Shown here: piece by piece, positions 32,773 to 58,326 of the stretch
Layout of the letters: every line of letters begins with the position of its first letter
Numbering within the stretch: position 1 is the stretch's first letter
Assembly: GCF_009914755.1 (NCBI RefSeq)
Contig: NC_060940.1
Reading direction: 5' to 3' (one strand)
Source: the human T2T-CHM13v2.0 reference genome, Homo sapiens
Length of the DNA: 64,000 nt
Made by a program: the position numbers and the translations under genes
The notes under the pieces: generated by a model
What the model was told of the DNA's origin: nothing
What the model saw: only the letters and a program-made list of their open reading frames with translations
The model's database searches: none

Positions 32773-33519
32773 TCACAAGTCCCTTCTGGTCCCAGCAGCT
32801 CCTGTTCCTGGCCCTTGTTGGTTGGCCACATTCTGGAGGGTGACTTTTCTACTAGGTTTTGTGGGTGGGGGTCTGGCAGGCATCGGCTGTCAGTGGACTT
32901 ATGCCTTATGCAGTTGGCGTCGCTCTTTGGAACCCTATTTATGTGCCTACGTAGAACCCTAGAGTGCTTGAGCTGGGACCAGGAGAAACGTGTAGTAACT
33001 CTCTTTACACAGATGAAGCTGCGGAGCCCCTGAATGGTGTGCGATGCACAATCACCACCACTGCCATCATCAGACAACACTTTACAAAATGCCTCCTGCC
33101 TTGTCTCCATTTATCCTTCCCGCTCTTCTCGTTTAACAGGTAGAGAGGCTTAGGCTCAGAGAGGCTAAGCTACTTGCCCAGGGTCACACAGCAAGTTAGA
33201 AGCAGAGCTGAGTTGCAAATCCAGGTCTTTAACTATTTCTGTGTTCTGTGGACTTTCCTAGAAATCCCAGGCGGTTCCCAAACTGCCGTGGGAAAGGCTC
33301 GATTCCACTGTAACACACAGAGCTGCTTACCGACCGAGTGATTCGATGAATAAATCAATGAACTGACTAATCCCATTCATTCCTGTATTCATTCATCCCG
33401 TGAGGGTTCGTTGTGTGCCTTCAATGACCCCTTCCTGCACTAAGTCGTGTTGATACAGTGATGGTCCAGACGGAAACAGCCATTTTTGTTTGTTTGTTTT
33501 TGGTTTTTTTTGAGACTGA

Positions 33520-33853
<334 letters not shown>

Positions 33854-34075
33854 TGACATCTACCAGGCTGGGTCCAGTCTAACTTGTCCATGAAGCATCC
33901 ATCATCCCTGCCTTCTAGGCATTTCTATTCTAGAAGAGATGATACAGACATGCATGAATTTCCACACAGTAAACTTATCATGAGTGAGCCCATCCCAAGA
34001 GCGAGAGGCAGACCCCCTGGCAGGCTCCACCCTCAGCCACCCATCAATGCACTTTGATGCCGCTGGGGCTGGTAG

Positions 34076-34421
<346 letters not shown>

Positions 34422-34681
34422 TGAACACCTGATCTCAAGTGATACAACTGCCTTGGCCTCCCAAAGTGCTAGGATTACAGGCGTGAGCCACTGTGCCTGG
34501 CCTAACAAAGTGATTTTATGTGCTGATTGTGTGAAGCACTCTTTCTGTGTATTTTTAAAAATTGAGATGTAATTCATCTGTGTATATTTAAGGAGAATAG
34601 AAGACTTGCTCATAATGGTAGAATTTTAAAACTACATATGACTCCGAGGTTGCTCCAGACCAACACTGAGATTTTGAGTGA

Positions 34682-35019
<338 letters not shown>

Positions 35020-36490
35020 TAACTCCTGACCTCAAGTGATCCACCCGTCTCGGCCTCCCAAAGTGCTAGGACTACAGGTGTGAGCCACCACGCCCAGCCC
35101 AAGTACTTTTGGTGTCAGGAAACCACCAGGAGTCAGCAGTGTCAAGCTCCCCAAGGCATTCGTCATGCGCTCAGTGCTTTCCTGGCTTTTGCCACAGCGG
35201 GAGGTGACATGAGCAAGGCGGGTGACACGAGGCTCCTCCACAGCTACGGGAGGCACTCGGGCCACCGCGAATTCGTGATCAGTGCTCCAGTTCTGCTGGC
35301 GCCTTCCAGCCTTGCCCAGCCATCCCAGGAGCACACTGTGCTCCTTTCAATGAAAACGTGTGGAATAGGTACCACATTTGTAGCAGCTGTTGATGGAAAT
35401 CTGTTAGTGACAAAGTGCTTAGACACAGGAGAAGCCACCCACATCAGAACCCCTGGGGAGCTCGTTAAAAGGCAGACTCCCAGCACTACCTGGACCTGGG
35501 GATGGCAGCCATGACTCTGTGAGGCAGAGCCAGAGGCCTCAGTGAGCGATGCTTATGGCTGAGCCCCACGTGTCAGGAGAAGGAAGCTCCTGGGAGGCTG
35601 CACCTGGCACTGTGCCATGGAGAGGGGCACCCCAAGTCCTGCAGGTGGAGAGCGCTGACTCCAAGGCGAGTGTTTAGGGTGACTTAGGACGGAAGGAGTG
35701 TTCCAATAAAAGCTGGCCCTGTGGTGGGCCTAGATTAAGCAGGGACTGCCAGAGATCAGGACTGATGCTATAGCTCAGGGTCTGCTTATTTAAAAACCTT
35801 GCTCACCCAGGAGCGGTGGCTCACACCTGTCATCCCAGCACTTTGGGAGGCAGAGGCGAGTGGATCACCTGAGATCAGGAGTTTGAGACCAGCCTGGCCA
35901 ACATGGTGAAACCCTGTCTCTACTTAAAATACAAAAATTGGCTTGGCCTGGTGGCACATGCCTGTAATCCCAGCTACTCAGGAGGCTGGGGCAGGAGAAT
36001 CGCTAGAACCCAGAGGTGGAGGTTGCAGTGAGCTGAGATCATGCCATTGTACTCCAGCCTGGGCGATAGAGTAAGATTCTGTCTTAAAATAAAACAAAAC
36101 AAAAACTTTGCTCATTGTGTTATTTTATAATGTTATTTGGTGATAGGATTTAAGCTGCTTTTAAAAAATATTTGGAAGACATCTTTTTTTTTTAAATTAA
36201 AGTCTGGAAATCTTATAGGACAGGCAGGCATCTCAGAAACTTTCTTTATCGATTTCTGCCTGCAGGGAGATGAGGCCCTCACCACCACCCAGTGGCAGCA
36301 CTGGGACCCTGCCTTCATTCCACATTTACTGTGAACCTCTGGGCAGGCGCTGGGCTGGCGGGGGGCAGAGTGAATGGGACAGACAGAGCCCACCTTTCAC
36401 GGAGCCCACCTTTGGCTTGTCACTTCAACCATACAGCAACCCCTTGCGAGTGAACTCATATAACCCTAATGTAGACAATGCCTCAGGTAA

Positions 36491-37385
<895 letters not shown>

Positions 37386-38506
37386 TAAAGCAGTCTTATT
37401 TTCAACATTCCAAAGTGGGAGTCAGTAGAGAAAATGAGTGCGGATCAATGCTGGGAATTGGTTTTTGTAGTTTTTTTGGGTGATAAGTGATGCCTTATAG
37501 ATTTCCCCAAATATTTTATTATGAAATTTTTGCAACATATGAAAAAATGAAAAGAAATGAACGAGAAGAATCTATGAGTTTGACGTCTCAGTCCTGTGAT
37601 GATCATTTTTGCCATATTCACTTTATCACACCTCTGCTCACCCACTCACCTGACTTCTTGATGCTTTTTCAAGTTGAGGACTCTTTCTGTTTTTTGAACT
37701 TGTTGTTGTTATGAAAGTAATGCTGCAGTTAATGTGGAACTAGAGTGCACCCAAACCAAAAAATGAAAATTGCTTGTAATCGCACACCCAGAGGTGACCT
37801 CTGGACATTTTATAAATAGGGAGTGATATCTATTGTCATCATCATACACATATTTATAAATAGTTCCAAGAATGAGCACAACAATGGCTTCTGTGTGCTT
37901 CCTTTCATTTAACAACATGCCTTTTATTTTAGTATCTCTATCTGCAACTTTGTTTTTGATGAACAGATATTTTATTTATTTATTTATTTTTGAGACTGAG
38001 TATCACTCTGTTCCCCAGGCTGGAGTGCAGTGGCGCGATCGCATGATCTCGCGATCTTGGCTCACTGCAACCTCTGCTGCCCAGGTTCAAGTGATTCTCC
38101 TGCCTCAGCCTCCTGAGTAGCTGGGATTACAGGCACCTGCCACCGCGCCCAGCTAATTTTTGTAGTTTTAGTAGAGACGGGGTTTCACCATCTTGGCCAG
38201 GCGGGTCTTGAACTCCTGTCCTCGTGATCCACTCGCCTCGGCCTCCCAGAGTGCTGGGATTACAGGCGTGAGCCACCACGCCCAGCCGAGGCCTGAGTTT
38301 TTTCTGGTAATCCTTGTCCAAGGATAACTAGGAAGTAGAAAATAATGAAACCACCCATTTCTATTGGATGAGGTTAACATGATCCTCTCCTTTTTCCCAC
38401 CACCAGGAAGACTGAGGCTCTTCCTTCCCATGGCTTCGTCAAGTGCCTGGGAGCTCAGAGGTGCTGCTGGTGCTGGGATCTTACACATCTGGCTGCAACA
38501 ACTTAG

Positions 38507-38692
<186 letters not shown>

Positions 38693-38864
38693 TAGTAGAG
38701 ACGGGGTTTCACCATGTTAGCCAGGATGGTCTTGATCTCCTGACCTCGTGATCCACCCACCTCGGCCTCCCAAGGTGCTGGGATTACAGGTGTGAGCCAC
38801 CACGCCTGGCCATTTCATTATGATTAAGTGGACACATAGGTCAGCCATTCAGAAGGGGAAGTGA

Positions 38865-39341
<477 letters not shown>

Positions 39342-39458
39342 TGAGCCACCGTGCCTGGCCTAGGATTGCTTTTAAAACGTGGTGTATTTACAGTGGAGTG
39401 AGCTTCCCCCCGCCACCCATTGCCTTTTCAGCTAACCCCTTGTGTGTCTGCCACGCAG

Positions 39459-39521
39459 CTCGGGGCCCATCATCAGATGCTGCAGAGGCTGGTGGACATC
39501 TTGCTGGAAGTAAAACATAAG
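39459..39521 (+). pseudogene. CA5A-like exon 5 (63 bp)
   Basis: acgcAG|CTCGGG...CATAAG|GTaag; [21 protein letters not shown]. Confidence 0.93.
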
Positions 39522-39952
39522 GTAAGCTGCATATTTGAAATCAGCAGGCCGGGCGCGGAGGCTCACGCCTGTGATCCCAGCACTTTGGGAGGCTGAGGCA
39601 GGTGGATCACCTGAGGTCGGGAGTTCGAGACCAGCCTGACCAACATGGAGAAATCCCGCCTCCACTAAAAATACAAAATTAGCAGGGTGTCGTGGCACAT
39701 GCCTGCAATCCCAGCTACTCGGGAGGCTGAGGCAGGAGAATCGTTTGAACCCAGAGGTGGAGGTTGCAGTGAGCTGAGATTGCGCTGTTGCACTCCAGCC
39801 TGGGTGACAAGAGTGAAATCCTATCTCAAAAAAAAAAAAAAAGAAAAGAAAGAAATCAGCATAATTTGACAAGCAAAATTGTTTAGTGCAGCGATTCATT
39901 TGCAAGGAAAAAGAAATCTCATAGTGGAAAGAGCCCCGCCGAGGCGCTGTGA

Positions 39953-40480
<528 letters not shown>

Positions 40481-40711
40481 TAATATTTTTCTTTAAATTG
40501 ATTAGCTCGAAAAATTTTTAGCCTTGTCCTGGGTGATGATATTCACTAATGATAATGTTTGTTTGAAAACAGATTGAAACAAAAACCTCAAATCCCTAAC
40601 TAATAACATTTAAGAATGTTGACTCATGTACCACCCAGCATCTCCTTGAACGTCCCTGTCCGACCCCAAGCCCAAGGGCAGAGAGAAACCTGCCCAAACC
40701 GCGGCTCTCCG

Positions 40712-40817
40712 GCCCAGCTCTCCACACGCTTCCCTGCATCCAGCGCCCAGCTCTCCACACGCTTCCCTGCATCCAGCGCCCAGCTCTCCATACGCTTCCC
40801 TGCATCCAGCACAGCTC
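40712..40817. repeat. 33-bp tandem repeat, about 3.2 copies
   Basis: gcccagctctccacacgcttccctgcatccagc x3, nearly perfect. Confidence 0.93.
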
Positions 40818-41554
40818 GAAAAGATGACGGGGACAAGAGTGTCGCCTTTCTCCAAGATCAGCTGAGAAAAGGCTTTGAGGGAGAAGGAGAAATTCCAAAG
40901 AAATGTAGTTTATTTATTCAGCAGCAAACAAAAGAATTCCAGGGCAGAAGGAGTCAACGCAAGCCTCAGATGTGCGGAAGGATGAGGCTTCAACCTGTGT
41001 TAACAATGGTGCGGGCTGGTCCAGATGGAGCTGGGGCAAGCCCTTCCTCGCGGTTCAAGGAGCCGTTTGATCTGTACGTGGCCTTCGCCTTGATGCTGGC
41101 TTCGGGGCGGCCTCCTGGGACTGGGACCAGATCACCCCCCGCCGCCCCATCTGCCTGCTCAGAAACTTCACAAGGCCACGGTTCTGAGAGCTCTGACGCC
41201 CCATCCTCTTCCTCCGCGCGGCTCCACAGCCAGAGGAAACCTGGGGAGGGGTTGTTTTCCCAGCCAGCCTCCACCTTCCACACCAGGTGGTCCCACCTCT
41301 TGGTGGGAAAGAAAAGAGCTGGCTGTGAAGGACCCTTTACCCAAGGGCTGTTTTCCTCCTGGGGAAGGTTCTGGAGCATTTCTTCCCCATGGGGTAAGTC
41401 AGAATTTTCTAGGCAAACCACAGGGGAGGAATGATGCCCGGGACAGGGGAGGAAGTGCCACCGCGGACTGAGCTCTGGTCCTGATGCTGATCTCTGGGCT
41501 CATCCCCTCAGCTGAAAATAAAGAGTTAGACTCTTTTTTTTTTTTTTTTTTTGA

Positions 41555-41662
<108 letters not shown>

Positions 41663-41937
41663 TAGCTGGAAGTACCGGCGCCCACCACCATGCCTGGCTA
41701 ATTTTTGTATTTTTAGTAGAGACGGGGTTTCACCATGTTGGCCAGGCTGATCTCAAACTCCTGACCTCAAGTGATCCGCCCACCTTGGCCTCCCAAATTG
41801 CTGGGATTACAGGCGTGAACCACCGCGCCTGGCCGAGTTAGACCTTTGAGAAATTAAAAGACCTTAAGAGGCTGAGTGCGGTGGCTCAAGCCTGTAATCC
41901 TAACACTTTGGGAGGCCAAAGCAGGCAGACCACCTTA

Positions 41938-42225
<288 letters not shown>

Positions 42226-42513
42226 TCAGGGAATGGGAAGAGACTTGAACAACCCTCTCGCCTAGAGGCTCCTAGCCTAGGACTTCTGGGAGCTTCTCCC
42301 ATAGCACAGTGTATCAGAGAGCCCCACAGTTGGACTCCTGGGTCCAGAGCCCTGATCCACCACTCCTGAGCTGCGCACCTCTGAGCCTCAGCTTCCTCGC
42401 CTGTGAAATGGAGATGTTAAACATCCACAGTAGCCCGGGCGCGGTGGCTCACACCTGTAATCCCAGCACTTAGGGAGGCCGAGGTGGGTAGATCACCTGA
42501 GGTCAGGAGTTCA

Positions 42514-42749
<236 letters not shown>

Positions 42750-44457
42750 TCACCATGTAATGGAATAAGGAGCATGTCTGGTTCTTGGTGAAATGTGCAG
42801 TTGAGTTTAAGGCCCAGCTGTGGCCAACACTCACACACACACGTCTGCTGTGGAATGCACAGGCTGCTGCTGCCTGTCACGAAACGAAAATCCACCAGCC
42901 CAATCACTAAGGTTAAAGTCGCTTTTTGTTGCTGCGGGTGCTTTCAGTCAGCTGGTTCCCAGAGAGAGCTATTACCTTTTGGGAGTCCATGAAACTTTAG
43001 AATGATGGCCTTCTGATGGAAAATGCTAGAAGTGTGGTTGAATCTAACTCCTGATTGGTGGGCAGTGCAGGGCAGGACGGGGCCGTGGTGGCCTCAGGCT
43101 CAAGGGCAGATGGCCTTGGCTTCAAATCCCAGCTCTGCCTCTCACCCCCTCGGACTCAGCAGTCCTCACCCAGGGATGGGCTCATCTGCAGCTTCTGGGC
43201 TGCTTTCCTGGTTTCCTCCAGTTAAGGAACAAGCTGTCCTGAACTAGGGCAGGAAAGACCAGAGTCACGTAGTCCCCATCATCTCTCCTAGTTCCAGGCT
43301 GGTCCGGGCCCTGATGTGGGACTGACTCGGCAGAGACCCTCCAGGAATGCCTGCCACGGTCATTCCCTGGGGACCCAGCTGGCTTCTATGCAGTGCTCAG
43401 GGCTCCAAGGGTGCATTTCCAGAAAGAGCCAGACGGACACGATGTCTTTTCTGCCCTGGCTTCCAGAGTCACAAAGCACTGCTCCTGCGGCATCCTGTTC
43501 ACCACTCCCACCAGGAGCACCTGCCCAGGCTCAGGGCAAGGCGACATCACCCCACACCTCGGTGGGAAGGGTTCAAAGAAGCGACAGCCCTCCATATAAA
43601 TCATCACACTGAATCTTCCAATCACTCCATGGGGCAGGGCCTGTGATTCATCTGTCTTGCACACACAGGGAAACCAAAGCTCAGAGAGGCAGAGAAGGCC
43701 TTGCCCGGGCACACAGGTGGCAGGTGAAGAGCCCGTTTTTAAACCCAGGAAGTGGCTCCATGCAGCCTGAACTCCCAGTCGTCCCAGCGCCCACCTCCCA
43801 CATGCAGTCAGAACCCAGGCTGAGCTCCAGGCCCTGCTGCACATTTCTGAGCTTTTCAGCAGCTTAGAGGGAAACACAGGCAGTGTCTATAACCAAAACC
43901 ACATTAGGCGCCGCCTGGAAGCCCGGACCCCCACCCCCACCCCCAGCGCCGTCCCATCTGCACAGGCCCCTACCAGTGCTGACCTGTCACTATGCACTCA
44001 GCTCCCAGCACGCAGGCCCAGCCCCAGTGTGGCCCCGGTGACCCTGGGCAGACACTCCCAGAATGGAGACCTCGAGGCTTCGCCTTTGACCCTCTCACCA
44101 TAGCCAGAAGTTTTGGCAAAAACTGCCCACAGAGGGTCCCCACCCTCCATGCCTGGACAAGCTGCAAGCTCCTCAGGCTGCTGGGGTCCCCCCTCCTCCC
44201 TGCCTTCGCAAGAGTCAGGGCTACCGGGGAATTGGCTGCCTTGTGGAGCTGGAAACAGCCCACCAGGTCCAGGGGATCCAGGGAATGGCTCTATGCCCTG
44301 TGGGGGCTCTTCTAGCTTTGGCAGCAGCAGCGGCAGCACCTACCGAGCCCCACGCCCATGTGGCAGGCACTGATGGAAGCCCATTACAGCCACCACACTG
44401 CCTGTCGTACACCTGGGGAAACTGAGACTCTAAGAGGACAAACCAAGGGCGGAGTTA

Positions 44458-44904
<447 letters not shown>

Positions 44905-45446
44905 TCAGATAATGGATGTGATGGTCTTCAGCCTCATTGGTGTGCTCACCGGTGTCCCATTCTAGCTGCCTGGGGCTCACCACACGCATAAAGGAAGGGC
45001 CCTGACTTCCTCTGGGGGCCCTGAGGGGGAGCAGCTTTCTGTAACCACATGGCTGCTCCAGCCCTCATGCATCTTAGAGACAGGACAGGAACTCCTGGGG
45101 ACGATGAGGCAACACACAGGCATCCTCTTCTCAGCCCAAGGCTGGAAAGCTTAATTGGCAGGAAACCTGCACGCAGTGGAATGGCTGGGGCCTGCCGCTC
45201 CCCCGACTGATTCCTGCAGTCCTGGGGAGGGAGAGATGAGCCCGCACCTTGGAACGGGCCAGGCCTCAGTGGCCCTGACTGGCAACGTGGCTTTGGGCAA
45301 GTTGTTTATATCTGTCTGTCTATCTTCATCAGTAAACTAGAAATACTTCTTGAAGGGTTGTTCTGAAGATTTGAAGTAGTTGCTCAGAAAGTGACTGGCA
45401 CATCTGTGCCCTGGGAGCGGGGACGTGTGGCCGGCAGGAGGAGAGG

Positions 45447-45917
45447 ACATCTCACTGCACACCTGCCTGTTACCCATGTGCACAGACCAACGTCTCACTG
45501 CACACCGACCTGTTACCCATGTGCACAGACTGACATCTCACTGCACACCCGCCTGTTACCCACGTGCACCAGACTGACACCTCACTGCACATCCACCTGT
45601 TACCCACGTGTACAGACTGACGCCTCACTGCACACCCACTTGTTACCCACGTGCACCAGACTGACGCCTCACTGCACACCTGCCTGTTACCCACGCGCAC
45701 CAGACTGACATCTCACTGCACACCCGCCTGTTACCCATGTGCACAGACTAACACCTCACTGTGCACCCACCTGTTACCCATGTGCACAGACTGACGTCTC
45801 ACTGCACACCCGCCTGTTACCCATGTGCATAGACCAACACCTCACGGTGCACCCACCTGTTACCCATGTGCACAGACTGACGTCTCACTGTACATCCATC
45901 TGTTACCCATGTGCACA
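45447..45917. repeat. 43-44-bp minisatellite (VNTR), about 11 copies
   Basis: Units start at 45451, 45494, 45537, 45581, 45624, 45668, 45712, 45755, 45798, 45841 and 45884; consensus about ctcactgcacacccgcctgttacccatgtgcacagactgacgt. Confidence 0.95.
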
Positions 45918-47326
<1,409 letters not shown>

Positions 47327-47735
47327 TGATGCATGTGTCTGCCGGCGTGGACACTCCTGGGCTTCCTTCTGGTAGCTCAGCCGCCTCTCTTGACCCTGAC
47401 CCTCACTGCTTGATGTTAGGAGACAAGCCCAAGGCATCTAGGTTGCTGGCTTCCACCTTGGAAGGCCAGGGCCCAGCAAAGTCAAGGTGATGTGATGTGG
47501 CTGAGCAGGGAGGCCATCTTCCTTCCAGACAGAGACTCTGTCACTTTGGACTGGACTCTTGTCCCACAGTGCTGGCCAGGGACAGGTGCAGAGTTGTGCT
47601 TGGTTGGCATGGGACGCTGATGAGGGCTGTGTTGCGGCCAGGCCCAACCACCATGAGCCGAGATCATGCCACGGCACTCCAGCCTGGAAGACAGAGTGAG
47701 ACTCTGCCTCAAAAAAATAAAAAAAATAAAAAGTT

Positions 47736-49430
<1,695 letters not shown>

Positions 49431-49500
49431 AGTAATATTTTTTGCAGCCAAGGTATGCTAAAAGAAATGGCTTTTTAATTTTTTATTATTTATTTATTAA

Positions 49501-49701
<201 letters not shown>

Positions 49702-50070
49702 TGACCAGGCTGGTCTCGAACTCCTGACCTCAAGTGATCCACCCGCCTCGGCCTCCCAAAGTGCTGAGATTACAGGGGTGAGCTACTGCGCCCCAAGAAA
49801 TGACTTCAAAAGGAAAAATGTAAGCACCAACATAAGCTGGTGTAATGTAATGTAATTCCCACCAATGTAAGTTGGCAGGAATCCTTGCTCTGTATAGAAG
49901 GCTCACATTTTCTTATCACTGCTTCCAAGTGTGACAGCAGTGGCCTCATGGCCTTATCTCGGGGAAAGCACTTCCTTCCAAGCACCATGAAGGCCTCCCG
50001 TGCTGAGACAAGATGGAAGCTCCTAGTCCCACCTGAGGACTGATACGGCCTGTGCTTCTCGGTCTCTCAG

Positions 50071-50226
50071 GACGCGCAGGCGGCCATGCGCCCCTTCGAC
50101 CCCTCCGCTCTGCTGCCCACCTGCTGGGATTACTGGACCTATGTGGGCTCGCTCACCACCCCGCCGCTGACCGAGTCGGTCACCTGGATCATCCAGAAGG
50201 AGCCCGTTGAAGTGGCCCCAAGCCAA
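50071..50226 (+). pseudogene. CA5A-like exon 6 (156 bp)
   Basis: ctctcAG|GACGCG...AGCCAA|GTgag; [52 protein letters not shown]. Confidence 0.95.
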
Positions 50227-50381
50227 GTGAGCCGTGCCCGTAACTGGCATGATGGCGCTTCATGGAAGGCGTCTCTCTTGCTTGGCAGCGTCACTAAGAT
50301 GCTGCATAAGAGCCTTGAGGAGTTATATATATTCTTTCATGCATTTGGGGTGTTCTTACACAAGAAGAAAGTTCCAATTGA

Positions 50382-50769
<388 letters not shown>

Positions 50770-51052
50770 TGATCTGCCCACCTTGGCCTCCCAAAGTGCT
50801 GGGATTCCAGGCATGAGCCACCGAGCCCGGCCTCCTTTTTCTTATCTAAATAGTTTCATTGCTTTTTTTTTTTTTCGAAAATTAGTTAATAATCCTTGTA
50901 TACATTTTTAAAAGTTATACTATTGGGCTGGGCGTCATGGCTCATGCCTATAATTTTAGCACTTTAGAAGGCTGAGACAGGCAGATCACTTGAGGCCAGG
51001 AGTTCGAGACCAGCCTGACCAACATGGTGAAACCCCGTCTCTACTAAATCTA

Positions 51053-51381
<329 letters not shown>

Positions 51382-52679
51382 TCAAAAAAATAAAATAAAA
51401 AATAAATAAAAGTTATACTATCATTTTTTTCTGGAAATCTTAAGAATCTATAGCAATTCTGTCTGTCCAAGGCAGTTCAGAGCCACAGGCATGCTGCCTA
51501 TGCCCCGCCCCCGCCCGGCAGACGTTTCTCAGCAGTCGCAGCAGGACTTAGCATCTCTGGCTCATCTCTTTCTGAGGGCTCCAGGTGAGCTCTTAGAGGG
51601 TCTTTCAGTCTCCTGGGCCTGTGAAAATATTCCCTTATATACAAACCATGGCATGATGTCATTTGCACGTGGAGATGTGGGATGCAGAATATCTGCCTAC
51701 CTCCAAACCAGAGCTGTTGGACATGGGGAAGGCTTTTGTTGAAGGTGGCCCCTTGTCAGCAAGGCCCTTATGCTACTCAACAAGCATATATGTGACAAGT
51801 GCCCATTCTGGGTCTGTGCCACCAAGAGAGGGTGGGAGGGGGGCAGGTGTGGAGGGGCGGCACAGGAACAGGGCATTCGTCTCAGAATACTGCTGTCTGG
51901 CAGGAAAGTAGAAACGAAGCCAATAGTATTAAGCCAGGGTGGCCGGTGTCATATAAAAATGCAGGGCAGGAGCTCCTTATCCTGAGCAGGGGAGCCAGGG
52001 AGGCACATGTCCTGGAAGGCGGGGAGTTTTCCAGGGGAGGAGAAAGGCTGCCTTTCTGAGACAGTCAACAAATGTGCAGACCACAAATGTGGATGAGCAC
52101 ACTGTGGTCATGGCCCAGGAGGCCACGTGCACCATGCGCGCGCAATTCTAGGGGGCGCTGGATCATCATGCAGGGCTAACTGGCCCAGTATGCTGTCAGC
52201 ATGTAGACATAATCTCACTTCTGAATTTAATTAAATGCGTGAGTTGCCTCACAGAGTTCATAAGTATATTCTGTGAACAAGTGAGATAATACATAAAAAG
52301 TCTTTTTTTATTTTTCATTTATTTATTTATTTTGAGACAGAGTTTCCCTGTTGCCCAGGCTGGAGTGCAATGGCGTGATCTCGCTCACCACAAGCTCCAC
52401 CTCCCAGGTTAAAGCGCTTCTCCTGCCTCACCCTCCCGAGGAGCTGGATTACAAGCATGAGCCACCACATCTGGCTAATTTTGTATTTTTAGTAGGGATG
52501 GGGATTCTCCATGTTGGCCAGGCTGGTCTCAAACTCCTGACTTCAGGTGATTCACCCACCTTGGCCTCCCAAAGTGCTGGGATTACAGGCATGAGGCACT
52601 GCATCCAGCCATAAAAAGTAGTCTTTTAGTTCCTTGAGTGAAAAGTAAATTCAAATGTTACTTTAGCATTTACATTATA

Positions 52680-54239
<1,560 letters not shown>

Positions 54240-54242
54240 TCA

Positions 54243-56100
<1,858 letters not shown>

Positions 56101-56119
56101 AGGGCATTTTCGAGTGGAA

Positions 56120-56655
<536 letters not shown>

Positions 56656-56844
56656 TAGCAGAGACGGGGTTTCTCCATGTTGGTCAGGCTGGTCTCGATC
56701 TCCCGACCTCAGGCGATCCGCCTGCCTCGTCCTCCCAAAGTGCTGAGATTACTGGCATGAGTCACCGCGTCGGGTCTGGATCAAGCTTATAGCAATGGTT
56801 GCACCTGATCAGTTACACAAGCCAATAGGTGCCCTTTCATGTAA

Positions 56845-57253
<409 letters not shown>

Positions 57254-57311
57254 TAGAGATGGGGTTTCTCCATGTTGGTCAGGCTGGTCTTGAACTCTCA
57301 ACCTCAGGTGA

Positions 57312-57590
<279 letters not shown>

Positions 57591-57720
57591 TAATTAAATT
57601 ATCTTCCAATGTCACCTTACAGTCAGATAAGCACAGAAAAATAAGCAGATGCTAATCTGTTTCCCAAGGTGATAAAAGCCGTTTCATTCCGGGGAGATAA
57701 AGAATAAGTAGGTTAGGTCA

Positions 57721-58091
<371 letters not shown>

Positions 58092-58194
58092 TCAGGAGAT
58101 CAAGACCATCCTGGCTAACACGGTGAAACCCCGTCTCTACTAAAAGTACAAAAAACTAGCCGGGTGTGCTGGCATGTACCTGTAGTCCCAGCTA

Positions 58195-58326
<132 letters not shown>

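Noticed and set aside
40616-41434. 272-aa ORF, the longest in the window
   Set aside because: Non-ATG start, spans the 33-bp repeat (AQLSTRFPASS), GC-rich low complexity, intronic, and no recognisable domain.
45447-45917. CRISPR-like regular periodicity (also 61615-62320)
   Set aside because: Head-to-tail units with no unique spacers, eukaryotic context and no cas genes.
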